A stretch of DNA of 64,000 nucleotides, from contig JBFMHR010000003.1 in the NCBI GenBank assembly GCA_040751795.1, positions 1-64,000 of the forward strand, given 5' to 3'. Within the stretch, counting starts at the first letter, position 1; the number at the start of each line of letters is the position of its first letter. Position numbers and translations under genes: made by a program. The notes under the pieces were generated by a model. The model was not told where the DNA came from, did no database searches, and saw only the letters and a program-made list of their open reading frames with translations. Of the stretch, positions 51,542 through 60,675 are shown piece by piece. Source of the DNA: Thermoplasmatota archaeon. GTDB lineage: Archaea > Thermoplasmatota > Thermoplasmata > UBA10834.

Positions 51542-51888
51542 TGCAATACCCCCATCAGAGGACCAGCTGCCTTGACAGTTGTGAAGGTCCCCCACTCGCC
51601 GCCGTATCGGCTACTGACTACTTGTACGTATCACCCTGGTGCGTGCCACGTCCAGGAGGCCGGTTCCTCCCCGTCGCCGCGCGTCCCGCCCCGACCTCGC
51701 CGGACCGAGGGGCGGCGCGCCCCGAGCCATGCTGGCCAACGCCCTTCGGCACTCGACGACACGAGTGCCAGTCATCGCCGTCTCGGGGGAAAACCATGCG
51801 GCCGGGGCCGATGGGCCGCGAAAACATCGACACGCACAGAAGCCAGATGGCTCAAGAATGGGCATCGGGGGGCGCTCTGGCCCGGGAA

Positions 51889-51915
51889 ACCTATTTAAAT
51901 ACCTATTTAAATACC
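51889..51915 (+). promoter_or_regulatory. Tandemly duplicated TATA box upstream of tbp
   Basis: ACCTATTTAAAT-ACCTATTTAAAT-ACC, exact 12-bp tandem repeat. Confidence 0.8.
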
Positions 51916-51935
51916 CTTAGTGCCGGTGAGATTTT

Positions 51936-52484
51936 ATGGCAGTCATCAAGATAGAGAACGTCGTCGCCTCGACGTCTCTCGGGGGGGAGCTGGATCTCCA
52001 GGCAATCGCTCTCGCGCTGGACGGCGCGGAGTACGAGCCGGAGCAGTTCCCAGGGCTGATATACAGACTGAAGGAACCGAAGACCGCCACGCTGCTCTTC
52101 AGGAGCGGCAAGGTCGTCTGCACGGGCGCGAAGAGCCTCGAGCAGGTGAAGACCGCGATCAGCAAGGTCGCCAAGCAGATCGAGGCGGCCGGGATCGTGA
52201 TCAAGGTCGAGCCGAAGATCGAGGTCCAGAACATAGTCGCGTCGAGCGACCTGGGCGCCCAGATCAACCTGAACGCCATAGCCATAAGCCTCGGCCTGGA
52301 GAAGGTCGAGTACGAGCCGGAGCAGTTCCCCGGACTCGTCTACAGGATCGACTCCCCGAAGGTCGTGGTGCTCCTGTTCGGCAGCGGCAAGCTCGTCTGC
52401 ACGGGCGCAAGGAAGCCCGAGGACGTCGAGGCCGCGGTCGACAAGATAACCGAGGAGCTCAAGGCGGCCGGTCTCCTGAAGTGA
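51936..52484 (+). CDS. tbp: TATA-box-binding protein
   Basis: Two repeats of N(V/I)VAS...EYEPEQFPGL.YR...LLF.SGK.VCTGA. Confidence 0.98.
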   Translation: MAVIKIENVVASTSLGGELDLQAIALALDGAEYEPEQFPGLIYRLKEPKTATLLFRSGKVVCTGAKSLEQVKTAISKVAKQIEAAGIVIKVEPKIEVQNIVASSDLGAQINLNAIAISLGLEKVEYEPEQFPGLVYRIDSPKVVVLLFGSGKLVCTGARKPEDVEAAVDKITEELKAAGLLK

Positions 52485-52494
52485 AGCCCTGCCC

Positions 52495-53337
52495 ATGGAC
52501 GTACCGATACTGGACAACCACGCGCACCTAGAGCCACTGATAGGAAGGCACGTGGAGGCGGTCAGGGACTTCGAGAGGGCCGGCGGGACCCACATCGTCA
52601 TATCGCATCTGCCCTACGGTCACCTCAGGGTCTCCTCCCCGGAGGACTTCAGGAGGGGCTTCGACGAGACCGTGCGGCTCAGGGACCGCGTCAACTCCGA
52701 GACCGGTGTCAAGGCCTTCGCGACGGTCGGCCCCTACCCGGTCGAGCTGCTCCACCTCGAGGAGAGGCTCGGGCCGGAGCGCGCCAAGGACGTCATGATG
52801 AGGGGCATGGACATCGCGGCCGAGTTCGTCAGGGAGGGCAAGGCGCTCGCGATCGGGGAGGTCGGGAGGCCGCACTTCGAGGTCACGGAGGCTCAGCTGG
52901 CCGCGTCGAACGAGATAATGTCGTACGCGATGTCGCTCGGGAAGGAGCTCGGGTGCGCGGTCGTCCTGCACACCGAGAGCGCCACGCCGGAGTCGATGCG
53001 CGAGCTTGCTTCCATGGCCGACCGGGCGGGCCTTCCCAGGTGGAGGCTCGTCAAGCACTACTGTCCCCCGCTGGTGCTGGAGGAGGAGAACCACGGGCTG
53101 ATGCCGTCGGTCCTGGCCGGCATGGACGCGGTCGCGGAGGCGCTCTCGAAGGGGACGAGGTTCCTCATGGAGACGGACTTCCTGGACGACCCCAGGAGGC
53201 CGGGTGCAGTCCTGGACATACGGACCGTGCCCAAGCGGACCCGGACGATGCTGGAGAAGGGCCTCATGACAGAGGAGCAGGCCCACAAGATACATGTAGA
53301 CAATCCGCGTGCGACCTACGGGCAGGCCTTCGAGTGA
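52495..53337 (+). CDS. TatD-family metal-dependent hydrolase (archaeal COG1831-like)
   Basis: DNHAH, AIGEVGRPHF, LHTE, KHY, METDFLDDPRRPGAVL. Confidence 0.87.
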   Translation: MDVPILDNHAHLEPLIGRHVEAVRDFERAGGTHIVISHLPYGHLRVSSPEDFRRGFDETVRLRDRVNSETGVKAFATVGPYPVELLHLEERLGPERAKDVMMRGMDIAAEFVREGKALAIGEVGRPHFEVTEAQLAASNEIMSYAMSLGKELGCAVVLHTESATPESMRELASMADRAGLPRWRLVKHYCPPLVLEEENHGLMPSVLAGMDAVAEALSKGTRFLMETDFLDDPRRPGAVLDIRTVPKRTRTMLEKGLMTEEQAHKIHVDNPRATYGQAFE

Positions 53338-53368
53338 GACCCATGGCCTGCCGGAAGGCATCTGACCT

Positions 53369-54535
53369 ATGGCGGCCTATTCTGACATGGCGGACAGGTT
53401 CTCTGAGGTGGCCCAGAGGCACGGGAGCCTAGTCTTCGTCCAGGCGGTCGTCGCGGTCGCAAACACGACCGCCAACGCTTTCGTGATGATCTACCTCCTC
53501 CGCGAGGGGATGGAGTACATCGAGTGCGCCTTCTTCCTCCTGATCGCCTTCGTCGTCGCCCTCGTCCTAGCGACCCACGGGTCGAACCTGGTCGCCCGGG
53601 ACTTCTCCGCCTCGATGCGGCTGGGCATGGCGTGCATGGCGGCCTACTACATCGCCCTCGCGGCGCTCTCCGGCCCGGTCCTCATGCTCGTCCCGCCGCT
53701 CTTCCTCGGCACCTATATAGTCACGTTCTGGGTGCCGTACAACTCGCTCATCTCCCATGCGACCTCGCAGGAGAGGCGGGGCGCCGGCGTGGGGGCGTAC
53801 TTCCTGGTCTTCCCCGCGGTGTCGACCGTCGGCCCGCTCGCCGGCGGGCTGATCATAACCCTGGGGTCCTACGACCTCCTGTTCGCGTTCGGGGCCGCGG
53901 TGATCGGGGTGAACATCCTGTACCTGTCGAGGCCGTCCGCGGTGAGGCCGGACCAGGGCCTCACAACGGCTGGAATCCTATCTCCGTCGAGGGGGAGGGT
54001 CTTCTCGCTCGCCCACACCGACGGACGTGTGGCGCGCGGGCTCTTCGCGCAGGGGGTCCAGGACGGCGTGTTCTGGATTGCCCTGCCGGTCCTGAGCTTC
54101 GAGTTCGCGACCGACGAGGCCGCCCTCAGCGGGTACCTCTCTCTCTTCGCCTTCTGCGGGGCGCTCATGACCGTCGCCCTCGGATACCTCTCGGACCGGG
54201 TGAGGGAGAGGGGGAGGATACTCAGGCTGGGTGCGGCCGCGACCGCCGTCTCGATGGCCGTCTGCGGGCTCGCGTCCTCGGCGGAAGGGTACCTCACCGG
54301 GATGAGTGCGGCGAGCTTCTGGCTCGCGGTGGTCTCCGCCTTCCTCTTCACCCTCCTCGTCGACCGCTCCGAGAGGACCATCACGACAGGGATGATGACG
54401 AGGGAGGCGATGCTCAACGCGGGGAGGCTAGTGGGGATCTCCGTCACCATCGTGCTCCTCGCACTCGAGCTCGACCTCTCGGCTAGCATGTTCGTCGCCG
54501 CGGCGGCCGTCGCGACGGTCGTCGCCGTCAAGTGA
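53369..54535 (+). CDS. MFS transporter
   Basis: About 12 TM; GPLAGG and GYLSDR motifs. Confidence 0.8.
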   Translation: MAAYSDMADRFSEVAQRHGSLVFVQAVVAVANTTANAFVMIYLLREGMEYIECAFFLLIAFVVALVLATHGSNLVARDFSASMRLGMACMAAYYIALAALSGPVLMLVPPLFLGTYIVTFWVPYNSLISHATSQERRGAGVGAYFLVFPAVSTVGPLAGGLIITLGSYDLLFAFGAAVIGVNILYLSRPSAVRPDQGLTTAGILSPSRGRVFSLAHTDGRVARGLFAQGVQDGVFWIALPVLSFEFATDEAALSGYLSLFAFCGALMTVALGYLSDRVRERGRILRLGAAATAVSMAVCGLASSAEGYLTGMSAASFWLAVVSAFLFTLLVDRSERTITTGMMTREAMLNAGRLVGISVTIVLLALELDLSASMFVAAAAVATVVAVK

Positions 54536-54539
54536 CTGG

Positions 54540-54815
54540 TCATGGGACGATGCTGAAGTCATCGAACTCATCCGTGGCCTCCGACATCTCCACGGCCTTC
54601 CGCTCCACGCGCGCGTGCGGCTGTCCTGTGGCGCACCACTCTACCGCCTGGTCGACCGCACGCTCCTCGCCCTCGAACACCGCCTCGACGGCGCCGTCAT
54701 CCCTGTTCCTCACCCACCCGGTGAGGCCGAGGGAGCGGGCGCACTTCTGAGCGTTGGCCCTGAAGAACACCCCCTGGACGAGGCCCTCGAAGACGACGTG
54801 CGCGCGGACCTTCAC
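54540..54815 (-). CDS. acyP: Acylphosphatase
   Basis: GLVQGVFFR, GWVRNRDDGAVE. Confidence 0.93.
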   Translation of the reverse strand: MKVRAHVVFEGLVQGVFFRANAQKCARSLGLTGWVRNRDDGAVEAVFEGEERAVDQAVEWCATGQPHARVERKAVEMSEATDEFDDFSIVP

Positions 54816-55003
54816 GCCCCTGGATGAACCTCCCGCGCGATGAAACCTGCCATCCGGGCGGGCGCGCGGCCAGCGGGGGCGCCAGTACATAGATATTTAT
54901 ACTCACATGCCGATTTTATAGATGCGCACGCACGCGCGCGGGATGCACCGTCAGCAGAGCCGTATGTGAGGATCACGTCGGCCTCGGGATGAGGTGAAAC
55001 AAC

Positions 55004-56125
55004 ATGATGAGATCGCTCGTCGAGGACGCACTTGCGAGGGAGCCAGGGCCTGGCTCGAGCATCGCTGAGGCAGCGATGCTGGGACAGGACCAGAGGGTGG
55101 ATGCAGAGCTCGAGCAGATACTGCGGAGCCTGAAGACGAACATCAAGATCGTCGGGGTCGGCGGAGGCGGCACCAACACCGTCGCGAGGCTGTACGACGA
55201 GGGGATCATAGGCGCCGAGCTCTACGCGGCCAACACGGACGCGCAGCACCTCCTCACGCTGAAGGCGCCCCACAAGATCCTCCTGGGCAGGAGGGTCACG
55301 AGGGGCCTCGGCGCGGGCGCGCTCCCGCAGGTCGGGGAGGAGGCCGCCAGGGAGGTCGAGGACGACCTCAAGAAGATACTCGCCGACACGCACATATGCT
55401 TCGTCACCTGCGGGCTCGGGGGCGGCACCGGAACGGGCGGGTCCGCCGTCGTCGCGCGCATAGCGAAGGAGATGGGCGCGCTCACGATCGCCGTCGCCAC
55501 GATGCCGTTCAGGGGCGAGGGCAAGATGAGGATGGAGAACGCCGAGTGGGGCCTGGACAGGCTCAGGGACGCGGCGGACACCGTCATAGTCATACCGAAC
55601 GACAAGCTCCTGGAGCTGGTCCCGAGGCTCTCCCTCAACGCGGCCTTCAAGGTCGCCGACGAGGTCCTCATGAGGTCCATCAAGGGCCTCACCGAGGTCA
55701 TAACGAGGCCCGGCCTGGTGAACCTGGACTTCAACGACGTCAAGACGATCATGAAGGGCGCCGGCGTCGCCATGATGGGCATGGGCGAGTCGGACGCGCC
55801 CGGCGACGACAGGGTCCTGGAGGCCATAGACCAGGCGATCAACTCACCGCTGCTCGAGGTCGACATCAGCGAGGCCAACGCCGTGCTGATAGACGTCATC
55901 GGCGGCACGGACATGACCATATCCGAGGCGGAGAAGGCGGCCGAGGAGGTCCAGAGCAGGGTCAGCCCGAACGCCCGCATCATATGGGGCGCGGCAGTGG
56001 ACCCCGCGATGGACAAGACGGTCCGGGTCATGCTCGTGGCGACCGGGGTGAAGTCGAAGCAGATCCTCGGCAAGCCCACGGAGAGGCGCTTCAAGGGCGT
56101 CGGAGAGGTGGACCTGGTCCGCTGA
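55004..56125 (+). CDS. ftsZ: Cell division protein FtsZ (FtsZ1-type, tandem copy A)
   Basis: GVGGGGTN, GLGGGTGTG, VNLDFND; SD GAGGTGA. Confidence 0.96.
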   Translation: MMRSLVEDALAREPGPGSSIAEAAMLGQDQRVDAELEQILRSLKTNIKIVGVGGGGTNTVARLYDEGIIGAELYAANTDAQHLLTLKAPHKILLGRRVTRGLGAGALPQVGEEAAREVEDDLKKILADTHICFVTCGLGGGTGTGGSAVVARIAKEMGALTIAVATMPFRGEGKMRMENAEWGLDRLRDAADTVIVIPNDKLLELVPRLSLNAAFKVADEVLMRSIKGLTEVITRPGLVNLDFNDVKTIMKGAGVAMMGMGESDAPGDDRVLEAIDQAINSPLLEVDISEANAVLIDVIGGTDMTISEAEKAAEEVQSRVSPNARIIWGAAVDPAMDKTVRVMLVATGVKSKQILGKPTERRFKGVGEVDLVR

Positions 56126-56252
56126 CCCCCTCCGTAAGCTCCGAAACGTTTAAGAGACCCAATCAGCTACGGTGCTCTCGACCGGCGAGCATGGCTCGCC
56201 GTTGCCATTTGTCACGTTACGTTCACGTGAAGAACGCTGCGGAGGCCCCTAG

Positions 56253-57356
56253 ATGAAGTCGCTCGTCGACAGTGCCCTTAGCTCGGTGGACGCGGAGCAG
56301 AGCAGGAGACCGGAGGGTTTCACCCCCTTCACTGCGGAGGACGAAGAGCTGCAGAAGATACTGCAGGGGCTCAAGACCAACATCAAGATCATAGGCTGCG
56401 GCGGCGGAGGCTCCAACACGATAAACAGGCTGGCCCAGGCCGGCATCGTGGGGGCCGAGCTCTACGCGGCCAACACCGACGCGCAGCACCTGCTGATGAC
56501 CCACGCCCCGCACAAGCTCCTGCTCGGCAGGAGGGTGACGAGGGGGCTGGGCGCCGGCGCGCTCCCCCAGGTCGGCGAGGAGGCCGCCAGGGAGGCCGAG
56601 GAGGAGCTGAAGAAGGCCGTCGCCAACGCGGACATCGTGTTCGTGACGTGCGGGCTCGGGGGCGGCACCGGGACCGGCTCCGCCCCGTTCGTGGCGCAGC
56701 TGGCCAAGGAGGCGGGCGCGCTCACGATAGCGATATGCACCTACCCGTTCCAAGCCGAGGGGGCCATCAGGGCGGAGAACGCCGAGTGGGGCCTCGAGAG
56801 GCTGAGGAGCGTGGCGGACACCGTCATAGTCATCCCCAACGACAAGCTCCTGGAGCTCGTCCCGAAGCTGGCCCTGAACGCCGCGTTCAAGGTCGCCGAC
56901 GAGGTCCTCATGAGGTCGATCAAGGGCATAACCGAGATCGTCACCAAGCCGGGCCTGGTCAACCTCGACTTCAACGACATCAAGACCGTCATGAAGGCGG
57001 GCGGGGTCGCGATGATCGGCCTCGGCGAGGCGGACGACGACGACAGGGCCGTGACCGCGGTCATGGAGGCCATCAACTCGCCGCTCATCGAGCTGGACAT
57101 ATCGGAGGCCACGGCGGCGCTCGTCAACGTGACGGGCGGCCCGAGCATGACCGTCACGGAGGCGGAGCAGGTCGCGGAGGTCATCCAGTCGAAGATCAGC
57201 CCTGGCGCCAGGATCATCTGGGGCGCCGCGGTGGACGAGACGCTCGACGAGACCATCCGCGTGATGGTGGTCATAACCGGAGTGAAGTCGAGGCACATAC
57301 TCGGCCCGAAGAAGGACAAGAAGGGCTCGGCCATGGGCCTGGACTTCATCAAGTAG
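56253..57356 (+). CDS. ftsZ: Cell division protein FtsZ (FtsZ1-type, tandem copy B)
   Basis: GCGGGGSN, GLGGGTGTG, VNLDFND, C-terminal GLDFIK; directly upstream of secE-nusG. Confidence 0.96.
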   Translation: MKSLVDSALSSVDAEQSRRPEGFTPFTAEDEELQKILQGLKTNIKIIGCGGGGSNTINRLAQAGIVGAELYAANTDAQHLLMTHAPHKLLLGRRVTRGLGAGALPQVGEEAAREAEEELKKAVANADIVFVTCGLGGGTGTGSAPFVAQLAKEAGALTIAICTYPFQAEGAIRAENAEWGLERLRSVADTVIVIPNDKLLELVPKLALNAAFKVADEVLMRSIKGITEIVTKPGLVNLDFNDIKTVMKAGGVAMIGLGEADDDDRAVTAVMEAINSPLIELDISEATAALVNVTGGPSMTVTEAEQVAEVIQSKISPGARIIWGAAVDETLDETIRVMVVITGVKSRHILGPKKDKKGSAMGLDFIK

Positions 57357-57375
57357 GTCGAAGGGTAGGAACGAG

Positions 57376-57615
57376 ATGACAGACATAGTGGACAAGTCCT
57401 GGGATCTTCAGAGGAAGATCGAGGAGAAGACCAAGCACGTCGGCAAGGGCAAGTACGGCAGGGTCCTGAAGATGGCCAGGAAGCCGACGGGCGAGGAGTA
57501 CCTCAAGGTCACGCAGACCGTGGCGATCGGCCTGATCCTCCTCGGGGGCCTGGGCTTCCTTATCTACTGGCTGTTCGAGTACGGCTCTGACCTGATCATC
57601 AGGGCCTTCAGCTGA
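57376..57615 (+). CDS. secE: Protein translocase SecE/Sec61 gamma
   Basis: RVLKMARKPTGEEY plus one TM; ftsZ-secE-nusG context. Confidence 0.92.
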   Translation: MTDIVDKSWDLQRKIEEKTKHVGKGKYGRVLKMARKPTGEEYLKVTQTVAIGLILLGGLGFLIYWLFEYGSDLIIRAFS

Positions 57616-57641
57616 CGTTTCACGATGTGCGAGGGATCGTT

Positions 57642-58562
57642 TTGGGACTGTTCGACGTAGAATCCAAGAAGGCGGAACCGAAGAAGGAGGCGCCGCAGCA
57701 CCACGCGCCATCCGGAGCGAAGGCCCTCCAGTTCGTCGTCCAGGGGGAGACGAAGAGGTCGGTCGCGTCCGGCGACGCGACGGAGTTCGAGGCGGCCCTC
57801 AAGATAGCCGACGACGGCCAGACCCACTCGGTCGCGGTCAAGGTCGACACGGTCTTCTCCGCGACGGAGGAGGGCTCCCCCGAGTGGTTCGTCAAGCTCT
57901 ACGACCCGGTCGGGGTCGTCTGGGAGAACACCCCCTCGGCCGACCAGGCCAAGGAGAAGGTCTTCGAGATCATGCCGGGCGAGGAGAAGAGCCTCACCCT
58001 CAAGATCACCTCGCCCACGGGCGCCAGGTTCGGCGACAAGATAACCGTCCTGGTGAGCGCGAACCTCACGGACGACCCGAGCGTCAACGACACGATAACG
58101 CTCCAGGCGACCGCGAGGCAGTCCATAATGGCGATCAAGACGTCCATAGGCCACGAGAAGACCGTGGCCGACTCCGTGGCCAGCAGGGCGAAGCCGAAGC
58201 CGATCGGCCTCTTCGCCATCCTGTCCCCGGCGACCATCAGGGGCTACGTCTTCGTCGAGGCGATGAACACCGACGCGCTGAGGGAGGTCGTGAAGGGCGT
58301 GCGCAGGACCAGGGGCATGGTCAAGGGCGAGACGACCTTCGCGGAGATAGAGCACTTCCTGACTCCCAAGCCCATAGTGTCGGGCATAGTCGAGGGCGAC
58401 ATCGTGGAGCTCATCGCCGGCCCGTTCAAGGGCGAGAAGGCCAGGGTCCAGCAGATCGACGAGAGCAAGGAGCAGATCACCGTCGAGCTGTTCGAGGCCA
58501 TGGTGCCCATACCCGTCACGATCAGGGGGGACCATGTGAGGGTCCTCGAGAAGGAGAAGTGA
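57642..58562 (+). CDS. spt5: Transcription elongation factor Spt5/NusG with N-terminal extra domain
   Basis: C-terminal NGN (KTSIGHE, GYVFVE) and KOW (GDIVELIAGPFKGE) domains; about 160 extra beta-rich N-terminal residues. Confidence 0.92.
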   Translation: MGLFDVESKKAEPKKEAPQHHAPSGAKALQFVVQGETKRSVASGDATEFEAALKIADDGQTHSVAVKVDTVFSATEEGSPEWFVKLYDPVGVVWENTPSADQAKEKVFEIMPGEEKSLTLKITSPTGARFGDKITVLVSANLTDDPSVNDTITLQATARQSIMAIKTSIGHEKTVADSVASRAKPKPIGLFAILSPATIRGYVFVEAMNTDALREVVKGVRRTRGMVKGETTFAEIEHFLTPKPIVSGIVEGDIVELIAGPFKGEKARVQQIDESKEQITVELFEAMVPIPVTIRGDHVRVLEKEK

Positions 58563-58566
58563 AACG

Positions 58567-59040
58567 ATGGCAGAGAAGCTCGAAGTTCTGGTGGACGGTG
58601 GCAAGGCCACCCCGGGACCGCCGCTGGGTCCGTCCCTCGGTCCGCTGGGAGTGAACGTGATCCAGGTAGTGAACGCGATAAACGAGAAGACCAAGGCGTT
58701 CGCCGGGATGAAGGTGCCAGTCACCCTTACCGTCGACTCGAAGACCAAGGCCTTCGAGATCAAGGTCGGGACGCCGCCCACGAGCGCCCTGATACTCAAG
58801 GAGATCAGGGTCGAGAAGGGGAGCGGGAGCCCGAAGGCGACCAAGGTCGGGAACCTCTCGATACAGCAGGCCCTCAAGATCGCCGAGATGAAGAAGGACT
58901 CGATGCTCGGCAAGACCAAGAGGGAGAGGTTCAAGGAGGTCGTCGGGACCTGCGTGTCGATGGGCGTCACCGTCGACAACAAGGAGCCGAAGCAGGTCAT
59001 CAAGGAGCTCGAGGCCGGCGGCTACGCCGGCGTAGTCTGA
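58567..59040 (+). CDS. rpl11: 50S ribosomal protein L11
   Basis: GGKATPGPPLGPSLG, GTCVSMGV. Confidence 0.97.
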   Translation: MAEKLEVLVDGGKATPGPPLGPSLGPLGVNVIQVVNAINEKTKAFAGMKVPVTLTVDSKTKAFEIKVGTPPTSALILKEIRVEKGSGSPKATKVGNLSIQQALKIAEMKKDSMLGKTKRERFKEVVGTCVSMGVTVDNKEPKQVIKELEAGGYAGVV

Positions 59041-59067
59041 GCCACCTCCTGGGATGCGGTCGAACGG

Positions 59068-60468
59068 TCACTGCACAGCCCTGGCCATCTTCAGCCTGGC
59101 CGCCTCGCACGCGATCGTTATCACGTCCATCGTAGGAGCGGCGGGCGGGCAGTAGGCGGTCTCAAGCCTCGCGAACTCGTGCACGGTCATCCCCGCCATT
59201 ATGCCCACGGCGAAGGCGTTCACCCTCATGTGCACCCTCCCCTCGCCGACGATCTGCGCCCCCAGGATCTTCCCGGTCTCCGGGTGCGCCAGCACCTTGA
59301 CGTAGATCTCCTTCCTCCCGGGGAAGTAGTCCGGGAGGGTGAAGCCCCTGACCTTGCCAACGAGCGGCCTGATGCCGGCCGCCTCCAGCTGGGGCGTCGT
59401 CGGCCCGACGGCCGCGACCTGGCACCCGAAGGGCTCCGTCGCGCGCGTCTGCAGGAAGCCCTTCGGCAGGTGCTCGTCCCCGCCTGCGGCGTTCACGCCC
59501 GCGACCATGGCCATCTTCACTGCTATGGTGCCCAGGCCGCTCACCGTCGGCTTCCCGGTGATGAGCTCGGGGTACTCGGTGCAGTCGCCTACCGCATACA
59601 CGTCCTTGACGCAGGTCTCGCACCTGTCGTCGACGACGATCTGCCGCGTCTGCCCGACCTCGCACCCGACCTGCTTGGCCAGCTCAGTCTCCCCCCTCTG
59701 GCCGGTGGCAATGACGATGACGTCTGCGTAGAACGTCCGCTCCTCCTTCGTCTTCCTGTCCACCGCGACGACGCAGTTGGCCCTCTGCTCCCCCAGTATC
59801 TCGGTGACCTCGTACTCGTTGAACATCTTCACGTCGTGCTTCCGTATCGCGTCGGCCATCATCTGGGCCATGTCGTCGTCGACCATGGCCAGGATGCAGC
59901 TCGGGAGGTACTCGATGATGGTGACCTTGCAGCCCCTGACCATCAGCGCCTCGGCCACTTCGAGGCCGACCAGGCCAGCGCCGACCACGACCGCGCGCTT
60001 GCCCTTGGTCGAGAGCCTCTGTATGCCCCTCGCGTCGTCTATGGTCCTTAGGACGAACACGCCCTCCTTCAGCTCGCCCTGTGTCCCCTCCTTGAAGGCC
60101 CCCTTGATCGGGGGCACCCATGCCTTCGCCCCCGTGGCGAGGACCAGGGAGTCGTAGGGCAGGGCCTCCTCCGAGCCGTCCGCCTTGGTGACGTGGACGA
60201 CCTTCGCCCCGCGGTCGACGGAGGTGACGGACGCGCCGAGCAGAAGGCCTATCCTGTTCTTCTTGAGGCGCTCCTCCGGCGCCTCGATGAGGTTCGTGAG
60301 CTCGGGGATCACCCCCGATATCCCGTAGGGGAGGCCGCACCTCGAGTACTGGGGGTACGGCTCGCGCTCTATCATGACTATCTCTGCCTGGCGGTCCGTC
60401 TTCCTGGCGAACTGGGCCGCCGTGCCCCCGCCGCATCCCGCGCCTACTATGACAATCCTCCGCACCAT
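59068..60468 (-). CDS. FAD-dependent pyridine nucleotide-disulfide oxidoreductase (CoA-disulfide reductase/NADH oxidase family)
   Basis: GAGCGG, YSRCGLPY redox Cys, GAGLVGLE, YAVGDC, ILGAQ, AYCPP. Confidence 0.88.
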   Translation of the reverse strand: MVRRIVIVGAGCGGGTAAQFARKTDRQAEIVMIEREPYPQYSRCGLPYGISGVIPELTNLIEAPEERLKKNRIGLLLGASVTSVDRGAKVVHVTKADGSEEALPYDSLVLATGAKAWVPPIKGAFKEGTQGELKEGVFVLRTIDDARGIQRLSTKGKRAVVVGAGLVGLEVAEALMVRGCKVTIIEYLPSCILAMVDDDMAQMMADAIRKHDVKMFNEYEVTEILGEQRANCVVAVDRKTKEERTFYADVIVIATGQRGETELAKQVGCEVGQTRQIVVDDRCETCVKDVYAVGDCTEYPELITGKPTVSGLGTIAVKMAMVAGVNAAGGDEHLPKGFLQTRATEPFGCQVAAVGPTTPQLEAAGIRPLVGKVRGFTLPDYFPGRKEIYVKVLAHPETGKILGAQIVGEGRVHMRVNAFAVGIMAGMTVHEFARLETAYCPPAAPTMDVITIACEAARLKMARAVQ

Positions 60469-60616
60469 GGCAGCCAACCCTCCAGGGTCCTCCGGGAATC
60501 AGCTCAGCGGCGTTAAATCATTTCCATGCCCCTGGGGGCTCCCGGAGGGGTTGCATGGGAGCCAGGCGGGCGCCCCCCGGCCCAAAACACTTATAAACCC
60601 CCTCTGCATTGGCTGA

Positions 60617-60668
60617 CCTCCCTAGGCATGTAGGAGAGCCCCCTGGGCTCGCCGTACTACATCGGAGG
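60617..60668 (+). promoter_or_regulatory. Putative L1-binding autoregulatory leader of rpl1-rpl10-rpl12
   Basis: Helix ATGTAG/CTACAT, internal loop GA/GCCGTA, helix GAGCCC/GGGCTC; CCTCC pairs with the SD GGAGG. Confidence 0.7.
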
Positions 60669-60675
60669 GATCCAA

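Noticed and set aside
51936-52484. Internal direct repeat in tbp
   Set aside because: Normal two-repeat TBP architecture.
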